A DNA stretch of 64,000 nucleotides from Azolla caroliniana (GCA_043228905.1 JBHGNT010000004.1:10788001-10852000); one strand, 5' to 3'; positions 48,851-61,733 are shown, counted from the stretch's first letter. The notes: generated by a model not told the origin, from the sequence alone. Made by a program: numbers and translations.

Positions 48851-50094
48851 TTATTGTAGAATCTTATGGATTAAGGATGGCACATGATGTGTCTGGTGCT
48901 GATGACGCTGCAACAGATGAGGAGACAGCTGCCAACGTGGCTGAAAGTAAGAGTCCTGCTATCACATCTCCTTCAGATCAGCTCTACCCTATTCTTTTGG
49001 AACAGTGTACTAAATTAGGCAACGATGTGAAATGCCATGAATAGTGGAAACAACATGTAAAACTGAGGTTCACAACAACAATGTTTTTGAACACTTGATG
49101 CAACATTTCTTCGAATCTCAAGACCTTGATTCCACCCCACCGAGCCCAACTACTGAAAATGTCCAAACAGATACCTCTGTACTTAAAAGGCTAGCGCAAG
49201 AAACGGCTGATGTGCAATTAGTTGTTGAGGCGATGGGAAGGTTGTCGGAGGAGGACACACTTGCGCATTGGGTGAAAGAAGCAAGGCTAAATGGGCAACC
49301 GACCAAAAAAAGGCTGAAGAAGGGGCCACGATCGGGAACACGACCAGTTACTCGGTCAAGGGGCTGAGACGTAGTGGAGCGAAATACTGTTTAGTTGGAT
49401 ATGATTGTTAGCTTTGGGATTTTGCTAGGGTTTTATGAAGTTTTACTATCCTGTTGGACAAGTAAAACCTCAGATTGGTTGTTGCTTGATCCACATTATG
49501 TAATGGAACTCTATGATGTTTTTCCAAGATAATTTGAAGAGTGTTGTTCTATGATTGAAACTCTTTGATGTTCATTATGTTGTTTTGTGAGACTGTTAGT
49601 TACTTTGTGAGTGTGAATATGTTGGTGTTTTCTGATGTTGCAGAGTCTAAAGGGTTTGATTCTATTGCTCGTAAGGCCGATGGCAGTGTGGATACTGTTG
49701 ATGTTGCGGCGTGTTTAAAGGGCCCCATACTGAAAGTAGATGTAGCAACTGACACAAGTGATCTGGTCACACAAGTTGATCAAGCATGTTGCACAGATGA
49801 CTTGATGTTGCAGGTAGATGCAGCATGTGATACCAGTGGACTGATATCGAGCAGATCAGTAGCTACATGCACCGAGGTAATCCAAGGATTGATAACTAAG
49901 TCGACAAAAAAAGAGCACCAAAATGTGAAGCCAGGCCCAACACAATCGACTAGGGGTTTGAAGAGGAAAAGGACGCAATTGTGTCGACAGAACCTGAGCT
50001 GATTTAGATTGATCGTGTCCTACCAGAAAATGGTGTAACAACGGCTCAGTTTCAGGAATGGAAATCTAAACCACTAGAAGTCGAAAGAAGAGCC

Positions 50095-50620
50095 TTGATC
50101 TTGGAGCTTGATAAAGTCTTGATGAGTGTGAGATATATGCAGCCAAGGAGGGACGCGAATCAGTTTCTAGAGTGGGCTGTGCAATACTTTGATTTGTTTA
50201 TTTGGAGTGAAAAACCAAAATCAAATGTGTGGAAGTGTTTAGCGAGATTCTTCCCAAAATGGCGAAGTCATTTTAAAGGTCAATGGGCACGAGAAAATTG
50301 TGAGCAAATGGAAGTTGCAAGATTCAAGAGACTTTTTTATTTTTGGGCTACTTGGCCTGAATATAATGCCGACAACACATTGATTTTGGATACAAAACAT
50401 TTCTAGCACTACTTCAATATTCGGAGATGCTATCTCATTCTACCCGAGGAAATGCCTGAACAGTACCTGGTGCAAACAGTGAGCTGCCAACTAGGTGCAT
50501 GGTTGTGGACTCCATACCGAGCTCGATATGCGGATAATATATGTAGACTCGTTCCACTGACTAGCAAGAGCTTAGCTGTTTATAGGAGATTTGTAGACAT
50601 TTCCAATGGTAATTTATAAA
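50095..50620 (+). pseudogene. FCP1/NIF-type HAD phosphatase-like domain (degenerate)
   Basis: LILELDKVL...R..ANQFLEW...FDLFIWS...NTLILD follows the LVLDLDxTL...RP..FL..F..WS...NTLLID pattern. The catalytic DxDxT is altered. Confidence 0.55.
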
Positions 50621-51067
50621 TATGTAAAGAGATGACATTATTCAATGAAGAATTTAATTACTTGTTGCCACTGTACTTATCTACTGTGTAATTTGAGGAA
50701 TATGTTGCAGATTGTTGATTTCATGCTAGTGCTTTATTTAACTGTATTTTCGAAATACATGTTTGTTTTACACGAAAAGATGGTAATTGCTACTTGTAGC
50801 TACAAGTTCCATGGCATACTGTTGTACATGGTTCTATTGACAGCTAATTAGCTATTGGTTATCAATTAGCTGCATATGTACAGCTAATTAGCTACTGACG
50901 ACTATTTAGCTACTGACAATTAATTAGCTATTGACCGCTAATTAGCTACTGGCAGCTAATTAGCTACTGGCTGTATACAAGAAATTGATTCTCAAACGAA
51001 TTTATTTAACTGTTTTCGCGAAATACATGTTTGTTTTACAAGAGAACATGGTAATTGCTACTTGTAG

Positions 51068-54000
51068 CTACAAATTCCATGGCATACTATTGTAAATACA
51101 TTCATACACATTAGCACCAACAATGTATAAACCTGAGCAACTATTGTATTCTGACATTGGGACGCTGATGCACCTGACCAAATGAGAGTACATGTACGCC
51201 GCTGGTTTGTCTTCTAACAGCTTGTACACATATTCGTAGTCATCTAGTTTTGCATAAAAAATACCTTCGATGTAGAATGTCCCGACATATACAAAATTTC
51301 CCCATGCATCTACAATATTCTGCCTTGCACACTGTTTACTAACCGTGCACTTCAATATATAGAAATCAACACCCTCTAAATTGCCTTCTTCAGCATTTAC
51401 AACGAAGTTATCCCGAACGTTTAGGACATCACTCAAAGTATCTCCAAGTCCCTCATATGTGAAGTCAGCATTCTGCCCTGTTTCTCCATCAACTGCTTCC
51501 TTATCATTCAGAGTGTGATACTCCCAATTCTGAATGTATGCGTTGTTTAGACAATATCTCCAATTTCCCTGCACACAATGGAAGCAAAAACAAGTCAATT
51601 CTCTAACCGCAATACAATGACCATCCAACCTAGAATAATCGCGAACAGCATGTAGAGATCGCAATTCGGGAATTCCTTGGCACTCCCAGGTCTTCTCCCT
51701 ATTTACTTCATCTATCTTCACTTCCCAAAATTCACGTTTGATATCTCGGACTTGCGAGGAATAAACACCTGTTGCACTTGTTGAAATATTTGTTCTTAAA
51801 AATTCAACTACATGTGATGCACAATTCATGTGCACACCATCTGTCTTTTGTTGTTCATGGGTAAGTGCCCGCTTTATAACAGCCCCTGCACCTTCATGTT
51901 CACCTTTACCATGGCCAGACCCAAAAAAATTCCATCTCATCTCCAAACCTATTATAGCAGGATACCTCCCCACAAAATAAAATGGACGTCGAGCCTTGAA
52001 TTGTGACGCAGCTCCGTCAGACTAGATCCAATGTTGAGTAAGCTCCAAACGTTGAGCTAATAACCACTGCCAATGTAACTTAAAATAGTGTCGGACGAAC
52101 AAGGTATCATGCTTCTTATCATCAGAAATATAGAAATGAATTACTTTTTTAACATCACCTGAAACTCAAAAATATGTTATGTGCACAAAAATGGTTACCT
52201 GAACTGAACACCAATGCATAGATTGAATTTCATTCTGCTGCTTGAAAGTATGATTCTCTGCGAAATCTACTATTGAGACTACTACATCATTTGGAAATCA
52301 GATATGCAAGTCTTAAACTAATGGGCCTGCCATGAATAAATGAAGTTGTGTTTAATGAACTTTCCTAGAGATACTACAAATAGAGACACCAAATCCCTCC
52401 GTTTAAGCATCTTCCAAACTAGATCCTTTCTTTTACACACCTTTCCTTCGAAATTGGTGTTCATTGACTCAAATAACTTCACAGAGATCAATATTTCACT
52501 ACTCAATTCATTTGGACACCACCTAAATCTAGTAGGGCCACAATCTTGACATAAACCCATGACACATTTATGACTATGGAAGATAGCGTCAGTTTCTCTC
52601 GGACACAATATTGAATCTAATAAATAACTCATGGAAGAGATAACGTGCTCAGATGATTTACACTCCTCTTGCGGGCTTGATTGACAGATTGGGCACCCAC
52701 ATGTGCAAATTGTATTAGTTAGGGATGCGCTATGGTGACGTAGTAGATTAACAAAGTCCTTCAGAAAACCCATCTTACATAGTAAATGCAACAACATGTG
52801 TATCATGGTAGCTAATTAGCTGTCCTAGTAGCTAATTAGCTATCATGGTAGCTAATTAGCTTTCCTAGTAGCTAATTAGCTAGTAATAATGAAATTAGCT
52901 ATCCTAGTAGCTAATTAGTTGTTCTAGTAGCTAATTAGCTTTCCTAGTAGCTAATTAGTTGTCCTAGTACCTAATTAGCTATCATGGTAGCTAATTAGCT
53001 TTCCTAGTAGCTAATTAGTTGGTAATAACGAAATTAGCTGTCCTAGTAGCTAATTAGTTGTCCTAGTAGCTAATTAGCTATCATGGTAGCTAATTAGCTG
53101 TCCTAGTACCTAATTAGCTATCATGGTAGCTAATTAGCTTTCCTAGTAGCTAATTAGCTATCATGGTAGCTAATTAGCTATTCTAGTAGCTAATTAGTTG
53201 TCCTAGTAGCTAATTAGCTATCATGGTGGCTAATTAGCTTGTCTAGTAGCTAATTAGCTATCATGGTGGCTAATTAGCTTTCCTAGTAGCTAATTAGCTA
53301 TCATGGTAGCTAATTAGCTATTCTAGTAGCTAATTAGTTGTCCTAGTAGCTAATTAGCTATCATGGTGGCTAATTAGCTTGTCTAGTAGCTAATTAGCTA
53401 TCATGGTGGCTAATTAGCTTTCCTAGTAGCTAATTAGCTATCATGGTAGCTAATTAGCTTTCCTAGTAGCTAATTAGCTGGTAATAACGAAATTAGCTAT
53501 CCTAGTAGCTAATTAGCTATCATGGTAGCTAATTAGCTGTCCTAGTACATAATTAGCTATCATGGTAGCTAATTAGCTTTCCTAGTAGCTAATTAGCTGG
53601 TAATAACTAGAGTAGCTAACTATCATAGTAGTTAATTAGCTATCATGGTAGCTAATTACCTATTCTAATTAGCTATTCTAGTAGCTATTTAGCTATCATG
53701 GTGGCTAAAACCCTATTCTAATAGCTAATTAGCTATTCTGGTAGCTAATTATCTGGTAATAACTCAATTAGCTATTGAGAATAGCTAATTAGCTATTTTG
53801 GTAGCTAAATATCTGGTAGTAACTAAATTAGCTATTGAGAATACCTAATTAGCTATCATGGTAGTAGCTATTAAGAGTAGCCAGTTACCTATGTTGTAGC
53901 TATCCTAGTAGCTAAGTGAGGTAAATGTAACTGATAAGCTAATAAGCTTTTCTGCTAACTGAGCTAATTAACTTTCCGTGTACAGTCAAAACAAATGTTG

Positions 54001-54766
54001 AGATAAATGTAAATACCTGAGGTACATCAAGAAGATGAATGGGATGCTCCTCGTATTGATTTCTTCCAACACGTTTCCTGCATAAATCCTTTTTATTGGG
54101 TGAAACCCTACTCTCATTAGTCCAAAACATTTTGATTACATCCTTGATTTTTGATGTTATGGGTGTCATTGGCTTACATCTTGTAGTTAGCTTTAGTAGA
54201 CTAGTTCCTTCACTCGAGGAAATTATACGGTTCAATGTATTGTACACTATTTTTCTACTAACACCAATTACCTTAGATAGCTCACTGATGTTTATATCGT
54301 CAACATCACTATTAAGTAACATCATTAGACTAGTCCTTTTTAAGAAAAGATCATCTTCTGACTTGCTCATGGATATGAAACTATTACGAAGATTATTTAC
54401 TAAAATAGATGATATGTTTGCATTAAGACCATCACAATCAACTAAGTCCTTTATCGATGGATCATTTAATATTCCATAAAGTACTACCTTCTTTTCTTCA
54501 TTGCGGATGTGCTTGGTTTGAACATTGAAATAGTCTACAACCTTTCTCTCTATGATGGTAGTCGCATTACTTACATTCTTAGCTAAACTATCCTTACCTT
54601 TACTGAGTGTGGCTTTCGTATCCTTCAACAATTGACGATGTTTCCTTTTTTTTTTTGCCCAATAGTTTCGTATGGCTTGTTGTGTCCTGATAGCATCATC
54701 CCTATCCTTATGATCATTGAGGGGTAATTCTAAACACCCTTCTTCCCCTTCCATTTGGCTGGACAT
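51068..54766 (-). pseudogene. Sola-like DDD transposase, intron-containing, with stops and a frameshift
   Basis: Pieces 54766-~54017, ~52780-52318 (Cys-rich C..G.C..CG) and 52300-51068 with VDFAEN..NEIQSMHW..QVT, ISDDKKHD, SDGAASQFK and WNFFGSGHGKGEHEGAGAVIKR. Confidence 0.82.
52800..53940. repeat. ~20-bp-period AGCTAATTAGCT satellite inside the probable transposase intron
   Basis: tagctaattagc separated by tatcatgg / tttcctag spacers, with a higher-order repeat at ~53100-53460. Confidence 0.95.
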
Positions 54767-54851
54767 ATTAAAACCCTAAATTTCCAGAAAAAAAAACAAG
54801 TATTTAAGATGGCTATGGGCAACAACAATACACAAGATTAGACACAACAAT

Positions 54852-55460
54852 ACACAAGATAATCAATAGAAAGAAAAGTTATTGCAATCTAAGACCGAAC
54901 AGTTGAGGAGTTCACTCCGTTGGATCGAACAGTTGAGGAGGCGATCCAGGACTGACCAATGGCGACAACTGAGTGTAGACTGTTGCCGTTGGATGAGTGA
55001 ACTCCGTCAAATAGAAATGTGGAAGCAATCCAGGACTGGACAGTAGCGGCAACTGAGTGTAGAATGATGGCAATGGAGGAGAGAACCTCGTTAGATTGAA
55101 CAGTTACTGATGATGCTTGGAACACACAGAGAAGGCAACTGAGAGTAGAATGGCGGCACAAGATAATCAATAGACAAAAAAGTTATTGCAATCCAAGATT
55201 GAACAGTTGAGGAGTTCACTCCATTGGATCAAACAGTTGAGGAGGCGATCCAGGACCGACCAATGGCGACAACTGAGTGTAGAATGTTGCTGTTGGATGA
55301 GTGAACTCCGTCAAATCGAAATGTGGAGCAATCCAGGACTGGACAGTAGCGGCAACTGAGTGTAGAATGATGGCAATGGAGGAGAGAACCCCGTCAGATT
55401 GAACAATTATCGATGATGCTTGGAACGCACAGAGAAGGCAACTGAGAGTAGAATGGTGGC
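54852..55460. repeat. ~305-bp tandem duplication upstream of the transposase
   Basis: cacaagataatcaataga...gcaactgagagtagaatgg occurs at ~54852 and ~55157. Confidence 0.88.
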
Positions 55461-58400
55461 AGTGGAGTTGTTAACGCCATCGGGTCGAAAAGTGGCAACA
55501 ATACACGACCTTCACAGTACCGACCCCTGAGTGTAGAGTGGCGGCAGGTGGACTCGATAGGGTTTAGCAATAGTGGTAGCAACTAACCCACAATACTCAA
55601 CTAGAGATGACCTACGTGATGTGGCAAAGGATCATGCATAATGGACCTAGGAATTCGATATATAATTTATGGTACACATTTATGGTGCACATATCAATTT
55701 ATGTCGCATGTTTATGTTGCACATTTATGGTGCTCATTTACATATGTAATTAACACACTCTAGTATTTTCAATGGTAGTTTTTTGCATAGTTAATTTATT
55801 AATGATGGCTTTTTGCTAAAATGACTATTTATCAATGGTAGCTTTTTGCATAGCTAATTAGCTATGTCAAGGACATAGCTAATTGTTTCCACTCTCATGC
55901 TTTCACCCTTTACCCTTTTCATCATGCAACATCATTTCGATGGCTTTCCTTACCAATGGAAGCATCTCAGGCCTTAGACCACCTTGTATTCTTATCAATT
56001 CCTTTAAGTCGTATGCTGCCAAGATCGCATCCTCCATTCGTAATGCCCCCATAACCACCTTGTGTTGTTCACGTCGGGTTCACCAATCGATGTTGCATGG
56101 CGCGTGACACACGTGCCAAACGTCGGAATGTGCATGTCACAAGCGCGGACAAGCACCGGGCCTCTATCCGCTCGTGGTTATGGATGATGGGCGGCTGAAG
56201 TGACGCACTAATGTGGTTAGAGTGAGAGAGAGAGAAACAGAAATTGAGGAAGTTTTTAAGATAGATAGATAGATAGATACACATCACCAATAAGATAACT
56301 AAGTTTTCTGATTATTAATTTTCGATTTGATACATAGATTGTTTGATTCATCCATTGATTGATCCCCCCCCAATTACACAAGACTTACGAGGCTTTTTAT
56401 AGGTTTATCTATCCTTCTAACATGCACAAAACCATGGGCTTGAACCCATGGTTTTCGGGCACACGGTTTTCCTTGTGGCATGCACAAAACCATAGGCTAA
56501 AACCATGGTTTTGTGTACACGGTTTTGTATGTTTATTTCCTATGGAATACTAAATATGAGAAGGAAATATACAAATCTAAAGCACTTAGTAGTAGCTTTA
56601 GTGGTAAGATAATTGCTTCCTATCTTAGAAGTGCAAGGTTCAAATCTTGCTTGCACCCTTCTATATGCACTTGAATGTCATTAGACCCTACACTAATTTT
56701 CATATTTATAATCATGTGTACTTGAATGTCATTAGACCCTACACTAATTTTCATTTTATAATCATGTGTATAATGTGTGTGGAGCCACTCTATTTCACAA
56801 TTTCTCCCATTGGACACAGAACATCACGACAACGCTAACCAGAATGGTGTCGTCCTAATGCTCGTTTTATACGCCGTCCGGTATTCCCATAATGCACTGT
56901 GCAACTTCGTGTCCCAATCGGTCGGGTTCTTGTTGACGATCTTCCAGAGGATGTTCTATATTGTCTTGTTGGTGGACTCGGCCAGTCCATTGGCCTGCGG
57001 GTAGTACGGAGTGCTGCGCTTGTGTACTACTGGTGTAGAACGTTGTTAGGCTCCCCACTACTTGACCGAGGAAGTGTCCAACTTGGTCGCTAATTAATTC
57101 GATTGGACATTCGTAATGGCACTAGATGTACTCGTAAAGGAACTTCGTCGTTGATGCCGCAGTATTGTCTCGCAAAGCGTTGGCCTCTACCCACTTGGTG
57201 CAATAATCCGTAGCGACAATGACGTATCTGTTGCCGATTCGCATGGTTGGCGGCTTGAATGGTCCGACGAAGTCCAACCACCATTTTTGAAATGATTCCA
57301 AGGGTACTACCGTCTGGTGAGGCATCCACACTTGTTCTGTCGGTTGGCCCATTCGTTGACACAAATCACATTCCTTCGTATATCAGGCTGAATCTTTCAG
57401 TGTCGTTGGCCACCATAGCCCACTGCGCCATATCTTTCTTGTTGTAGCTTCATCGGCATAGTGTCCTCTAGCGACTCCGCAATGTGCTTCCCGTAATCTG
57501 GTGTCCTTTCCATCGCTCCGCACCGCTCTCCACCATATTCCATCACCTCCCTTGTGGTATAGGGTGTCCTGTAATAAACAAAAATGTTGGCTTTGGACCG
57601 CCAATCGTTTCTGCTCATCTCTGTTCATCGCTTCCGGAGGTAGTCCCATGCTTAAGAACTGATGCATGTTTGTTAGTCATTTGTCCTCATTCGGAATTGT
57701 ACTATCCATCGTGGTTTCTGCTATAATTTTAAACAGTTCGGCATCCAAAAACTCATCTGGTACGCCATCACCGGTCTCGCCGGTTTCTAACCGGCTCAAA
57801 TTGTCGGCAATCGCGTGTTGTATACCCGGTCGGTGATAAATTTCGAACTCGAATTCCTATAGTAGCAATGTCCACTAGGCTAGCTTACCTGTGAGGGATG
57901 CCTTAGAGACCAAGTATAAAAGTGCGGAATGGTCTACGTGAAATGAAAATTTACGGCCCAACAAATAATGCCGGAACTTCATGACACTATAAATCATCCC
58001 CAAGGCCTCTCTTTCCGTTTTGGAGTAATTTCATTCCGCTTGTGACAGTTTCCGGCTCGCATAGTATCCCAGTTGGTACCACTTGGGTTCGGTCAGCTGC
58101 ATAAGTGCGATGTCGATTGCTATGTCTGACGCATTGACGAACACATGAAACTCTTTGGACTAGTCTGGGGGTTGTACTACCGGTGCTTGCGATAGTAATA
58201 CTTTTAGCATGCAGTAAGCGTCATCCTCTATAGCCGTCCATTGAAACGGTGTTCGGTGAACCGCAGCATGCAACGGTGTTGCAAGATCTGCCAAACACCG
58301 GAGCATCCAACTATGCCACCGGATTTTTCCTAAGAATCTGCTTAATGCTTTGGCCGTCGTTGGTGCCGGTGCCTCTAGAATTGCCCGGACTTTGTCAGGG

Positions 58401-59739
58401 TCTACTGCTATCTTGTCCTTGCTGACAATATGGCCAAGTAGCGTACCACTAGTCACCCCAAATACACACTTTGCCGGGTTCAAGCTTAGCCGGTACCGCC
58501 TACATTTCTCTAGGTATAACCGGAGATTGTCCAGGTGTTCCCCTTGCCGGTTATACACCGCGAAGTCGTCTAGGAACACCTGCATAAACGCCAGGATGAA
58601 CTCTCCTGGACCAAATATTTCCATGATTATCCGTTGAAAGGTAGCCGGCGCCGTCTTGAGTCTAAACATCATCACTACGGCAACAAAAACTCCCCACTCG
58701 GTAACGAACGTTGTCTTTTCTTGGTCATCGTGATGCATCCGTATTTGATTGTAACTGCTGAATCCGTCTAGGAAGCTATATACCTCATGACCGGCTACTG
58801 CGTCCAGAACTCCATCCGTGAATGGAAGTGGAAAGGCATCGGTCACCGTCGCGACATTCAGTTTCCGGTAATCTACACACACCCGGATCTTCCCGTTCTT
58901 CTTCAGCACGATGACTATCGGACTCAACCATGTGTCTTTCTTTGCCAGCCGGATAAAATCGACTCAGAGTAACTTGTCGATCTCTTCTTTTACCCTTACC
59001 GCATAATTAGGATTCATTCGGTAGCGCCTTTGTGCTACCGGTTTGGCATCTTTTCTGAGATGTATCTGATGTTGAATCAGCTACGGATCCAGCCCTCGCA
59101 TATCCTCATAGGACCAAGAAAATACGTCCCAGAATTCTTTCAATAATGTAATCATTGCCGTTTTGTTTTCCGGTGACATTTCTTTGGCAATATGTACTGG
59201 TCATGCTTCCTGTCCAGTTCCCAAGTTTACTTCTTCTAGTTGGGACACCTTCACCCTTTGAGATACCACCATTTCCCGTTCCAGGGCCTCCTGTGCTTGA
59301 CGTAGTTCTCTGACGACATCTCTATTTTGTTCCTCTCCGGCATCTTCCGGTTGTGCAATATACGGAGAGACTGCTTTGGCCACATCTATTTCGAACAAGG
59401 GTACGATTTATGGATTATCCTCGAGATACTGGTCGACTTCCTCGTCAGCGAGCCCTTCCAGCATATTAACGCTTTCAACGTATAACAATGTTAGCTCTTT
59501 GCCAGTTCCGGTTTGTGGATGTGTCGGTACCCGTACTTTGGTTTTGCCTCGTTGGAACGTAATCACGTTCTTTCGCCAGTTTTGCTTAATGTGTGCCGTC
59601 CGCAACCATGGTCGTCCAAGCAATAGTGGGTAAGCCCCTTGGGTATTTAACTGGAGAACCACCGCAGAAATGCGGAATGCATGTCTTCTAATTGTTACCT
59701 CCAGATCTTGTATTAAACCAGTGGGTCGCCGTCGACAGT

Positions 59740-60355
59740 GCCTCAACCCAAAACTTCTTGGGTAGTTTTGCATGCGCCAGCATACTCTGGACCCTCCCCA
59801 TTATGGTCCGGTTCATCCTCTCGGCCAGCCCGTTTAGTTCCGGCGTCTTCGGCACGGTAAATTCGAGCCGGATTCCCTTCGAGCGACAGTACTCCTCAAA
59901 CTACCCCCGGTATTCACCTCCATTATCTGCTCGAACCGCCTTCAGCTTCCGGGCGGTTTCTCTTTCCACTCTCGCATGGAGCTCTTTGAAGACGGAAAAC
60001 ACTTGATCCTTCGTCTTCAACGGTGTGGCCCATAGCTTCCGGCTGTGGTCATCTATGAACGTCACGAAGTACTGCGATCCTGCATGTGACTTCGTGTCCA
60101 CTTGACACACATCAGTATGCACCAACTCCAGTGGTGCATTACGTCTCATCGGTGGCCTTGGTCGGAAGGAGGTCCGGTTTTGTTTACCGGCCAGACAGTC
60201 AGTACACTTCTCCAAGTGCACGTTCTTCACTGGAATGAGGTTGTCGTCTGCAAGCCTCTTCATCCCCTTCTCGCTCATGTGACACAGCCTTTTGTGCCAC
60301 AACTCACCGGCAGTGTCGGATGCCACGTTCACTTCCTCCAGATCTAACCGGGCAT
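59740..60355 (-). pseudogene. Copia (Tnt1-like) integrase fragment
   Basis: LWHKRLCHMSEKG, C..C..GKQ, LELVHTDV, FIDDHSRK, RADNGGEY. Confidence 0.88.
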
Positions 60356-60960
60356 TCATCTTATTTTAGTTCCAACCTGCTTTTCAACCATGCATTTAAA
60401 CTTACGGAAACAATCAAATACTTCACTTTTTTCTTTCATGAAGTAAACCCATGTTTTCCTTGAGCAATCATCAATGAAAGTTACATAAAACTTACATCCA
60501 CTAATTGATGCATTTTTTGTTGGTCCCCATACATTTGTATGTACCAAATCTAACAAATTTTGGTTTACATGTCTTTCATGAGGGAAAGGCAACCTGTTTT
60601 GCTTTCCATATTGACATGCTTCACATACTTTTCCCATCTCACAGTCTTTGAGCTTAGGCAGTCTAGCCACTGCATCTTTCCTCAACATATTTTTCAATGT
60701 TTGCATACTTATGTGACCGATTCTTTTATGCCACATTTCCACTTCTAAGATTACACTCATTCCTTCTGTAAACATGGATGTAATCTTCCTAGGCATATCC
60801 ACATCTAACACAAACATCCTTCCTTCTCGTTTTCCTTTTGCAATGAGCTTTCCATTTTTCTCTATGAAGCATCCACTTTGCTAAAATTTAACCTGCATTC
60901 CTTGCTCTACTATCTGTCCAACAGAAATCAGATTTTTTGCAAGATTTGGAACATGCATAA
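60356..60960 (-). pseudogene. Second, AT-richer Copia pre-integrase/integrase fragment
   Basis: WHKRIGH, CEACQYGKQ, VHTNVWGP, FIDDCSRKTWVYF. Confidence 0.88.
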
Positions 60961-61733
60961 TGTGAAGTCGATTTTCGCTCATAGGAAAAGACCGTGACAA
61001 ATGCATTGGATGCGAAGGTATAGAAGAATAAAGCACAATATGAAAGGTCCAAGAGTTAAAAGGTAAATGAAATTGAAGAGAGAATAAAGTTAGAGGCGTT
61101 TTTCAAAAGTAGAAAAAGCAGAAAAAAAGAAAAAGAAAAAAACGCAGGAAATTAAGCAGAAAAAGCAAGGTATAGAAAAAAAGCTCATAACTTCTTCATC
61201 TCTTATCCAAATTTCAAAAGGAAAGATTCGTAAGAAAGCTGACAAAGAGGGCTTTCTTGTATGAAAAAATTGGATGAAAACCCAGAAATAATTATATGAA
61301 AAACGCACCACACAAACTCGAGGATATGTAAAAGAAAAGAAAAGGAAAAAGCAAGAATAACACAACTAAAAACCTATAAATATGCGGTATTCTTAGCAAT
61401 ATGGGGAATGGAGGAAAAATAGAATATCTATAGGGAGGAGGAATAGAATATCTACAAGGAAGGATAGAATATCTACAAGAATAAGTGAAGAAGAAGAAGT
61501 GAGGAAGAAGAAGAAGAAGATTAGAAGAAGTGGGAAGACGATTAGTAGAAGAAAGAGAGAAGGCAAAAAGACTATTTTAGTAATAGTATATTGAAGTAGT
61601 TATTTGGGGTTGTTCCTCTTGGTGTCTAAGAGGATTGTATTCTTTTCTTAATAGTATATTGAAGTATTCTTTTTTCTTCCTCTTCTCTTCCCTGTCTTTT
61701 TTCTCTCTCTCATCATCACATAACATTCAGCAT

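Larger units (their letters stand above)
45361..55908 (-). mobile_element. Sola-like (probably Sola2-type) TIR DNA transposon, 10.5 kb
   Basis: 25-bp imperfect TIRs gggtaaaagcatgcaagtggaaaca / tgtttccactctcatgctttcaccc; exact 4-bp TSD TTTA; excision restores the host ORF; transposase motifs inside. Confidence 0.85.
43788..56052 (-). pseudogene. Unknown acidic, repeat-containing ORF of the Trp-primed LTR element (56052-55913 joined to 45360-43788), split by the TIR transposon
   Basis: Removing 45361-55912 gives MGALRMEDA...HDEKG-KALEYLKLAN in frame. ORFs 44898-45386, 44085-44348 and 43788-44063 share that frame. Confidence 0.72.
39992..56831 (-). mobile_element. Non-autonomous LTR element (~3.2 kb without nested inserts) with tRNA-Trp PBS
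   Basis: LTRs at 56091-56831 and 39992-43824 (the latter split by a Copia); 4-bp TSD atgc/acgc; PBS TGGTGAACCCGACGTGAA at 56068-56085; PPT ggtgggggtgga at 43825-43836; no gag/pol motifs. Confidence 0.9.
36975..59735 (-). mobile_element. Decayed Gypsy copy (protease to extra ORF plus partial 3' LTR 36975-37143), split by the 39992-56831 insertion
   Basis: RT 58160-58927, integrase pieces 56832-57667 and 39473-39991, extra-ORF pieces 37200-39311. Integrase sequence is continuous across 39991/56832. Confidence 0.92.

Noticed and set aside
52800-53940. CRISPR-like array of palindromic repeats
   Set aside because: Spacers are ~8 nt and recurrent, the context is eukaryotic, and there are no cas genes.
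60961-61733. Purine-rich block starting TGTGAAG, possibly another LTR
   Set aside because: No partner repeat, PBS or TSD is identifiable in the window.
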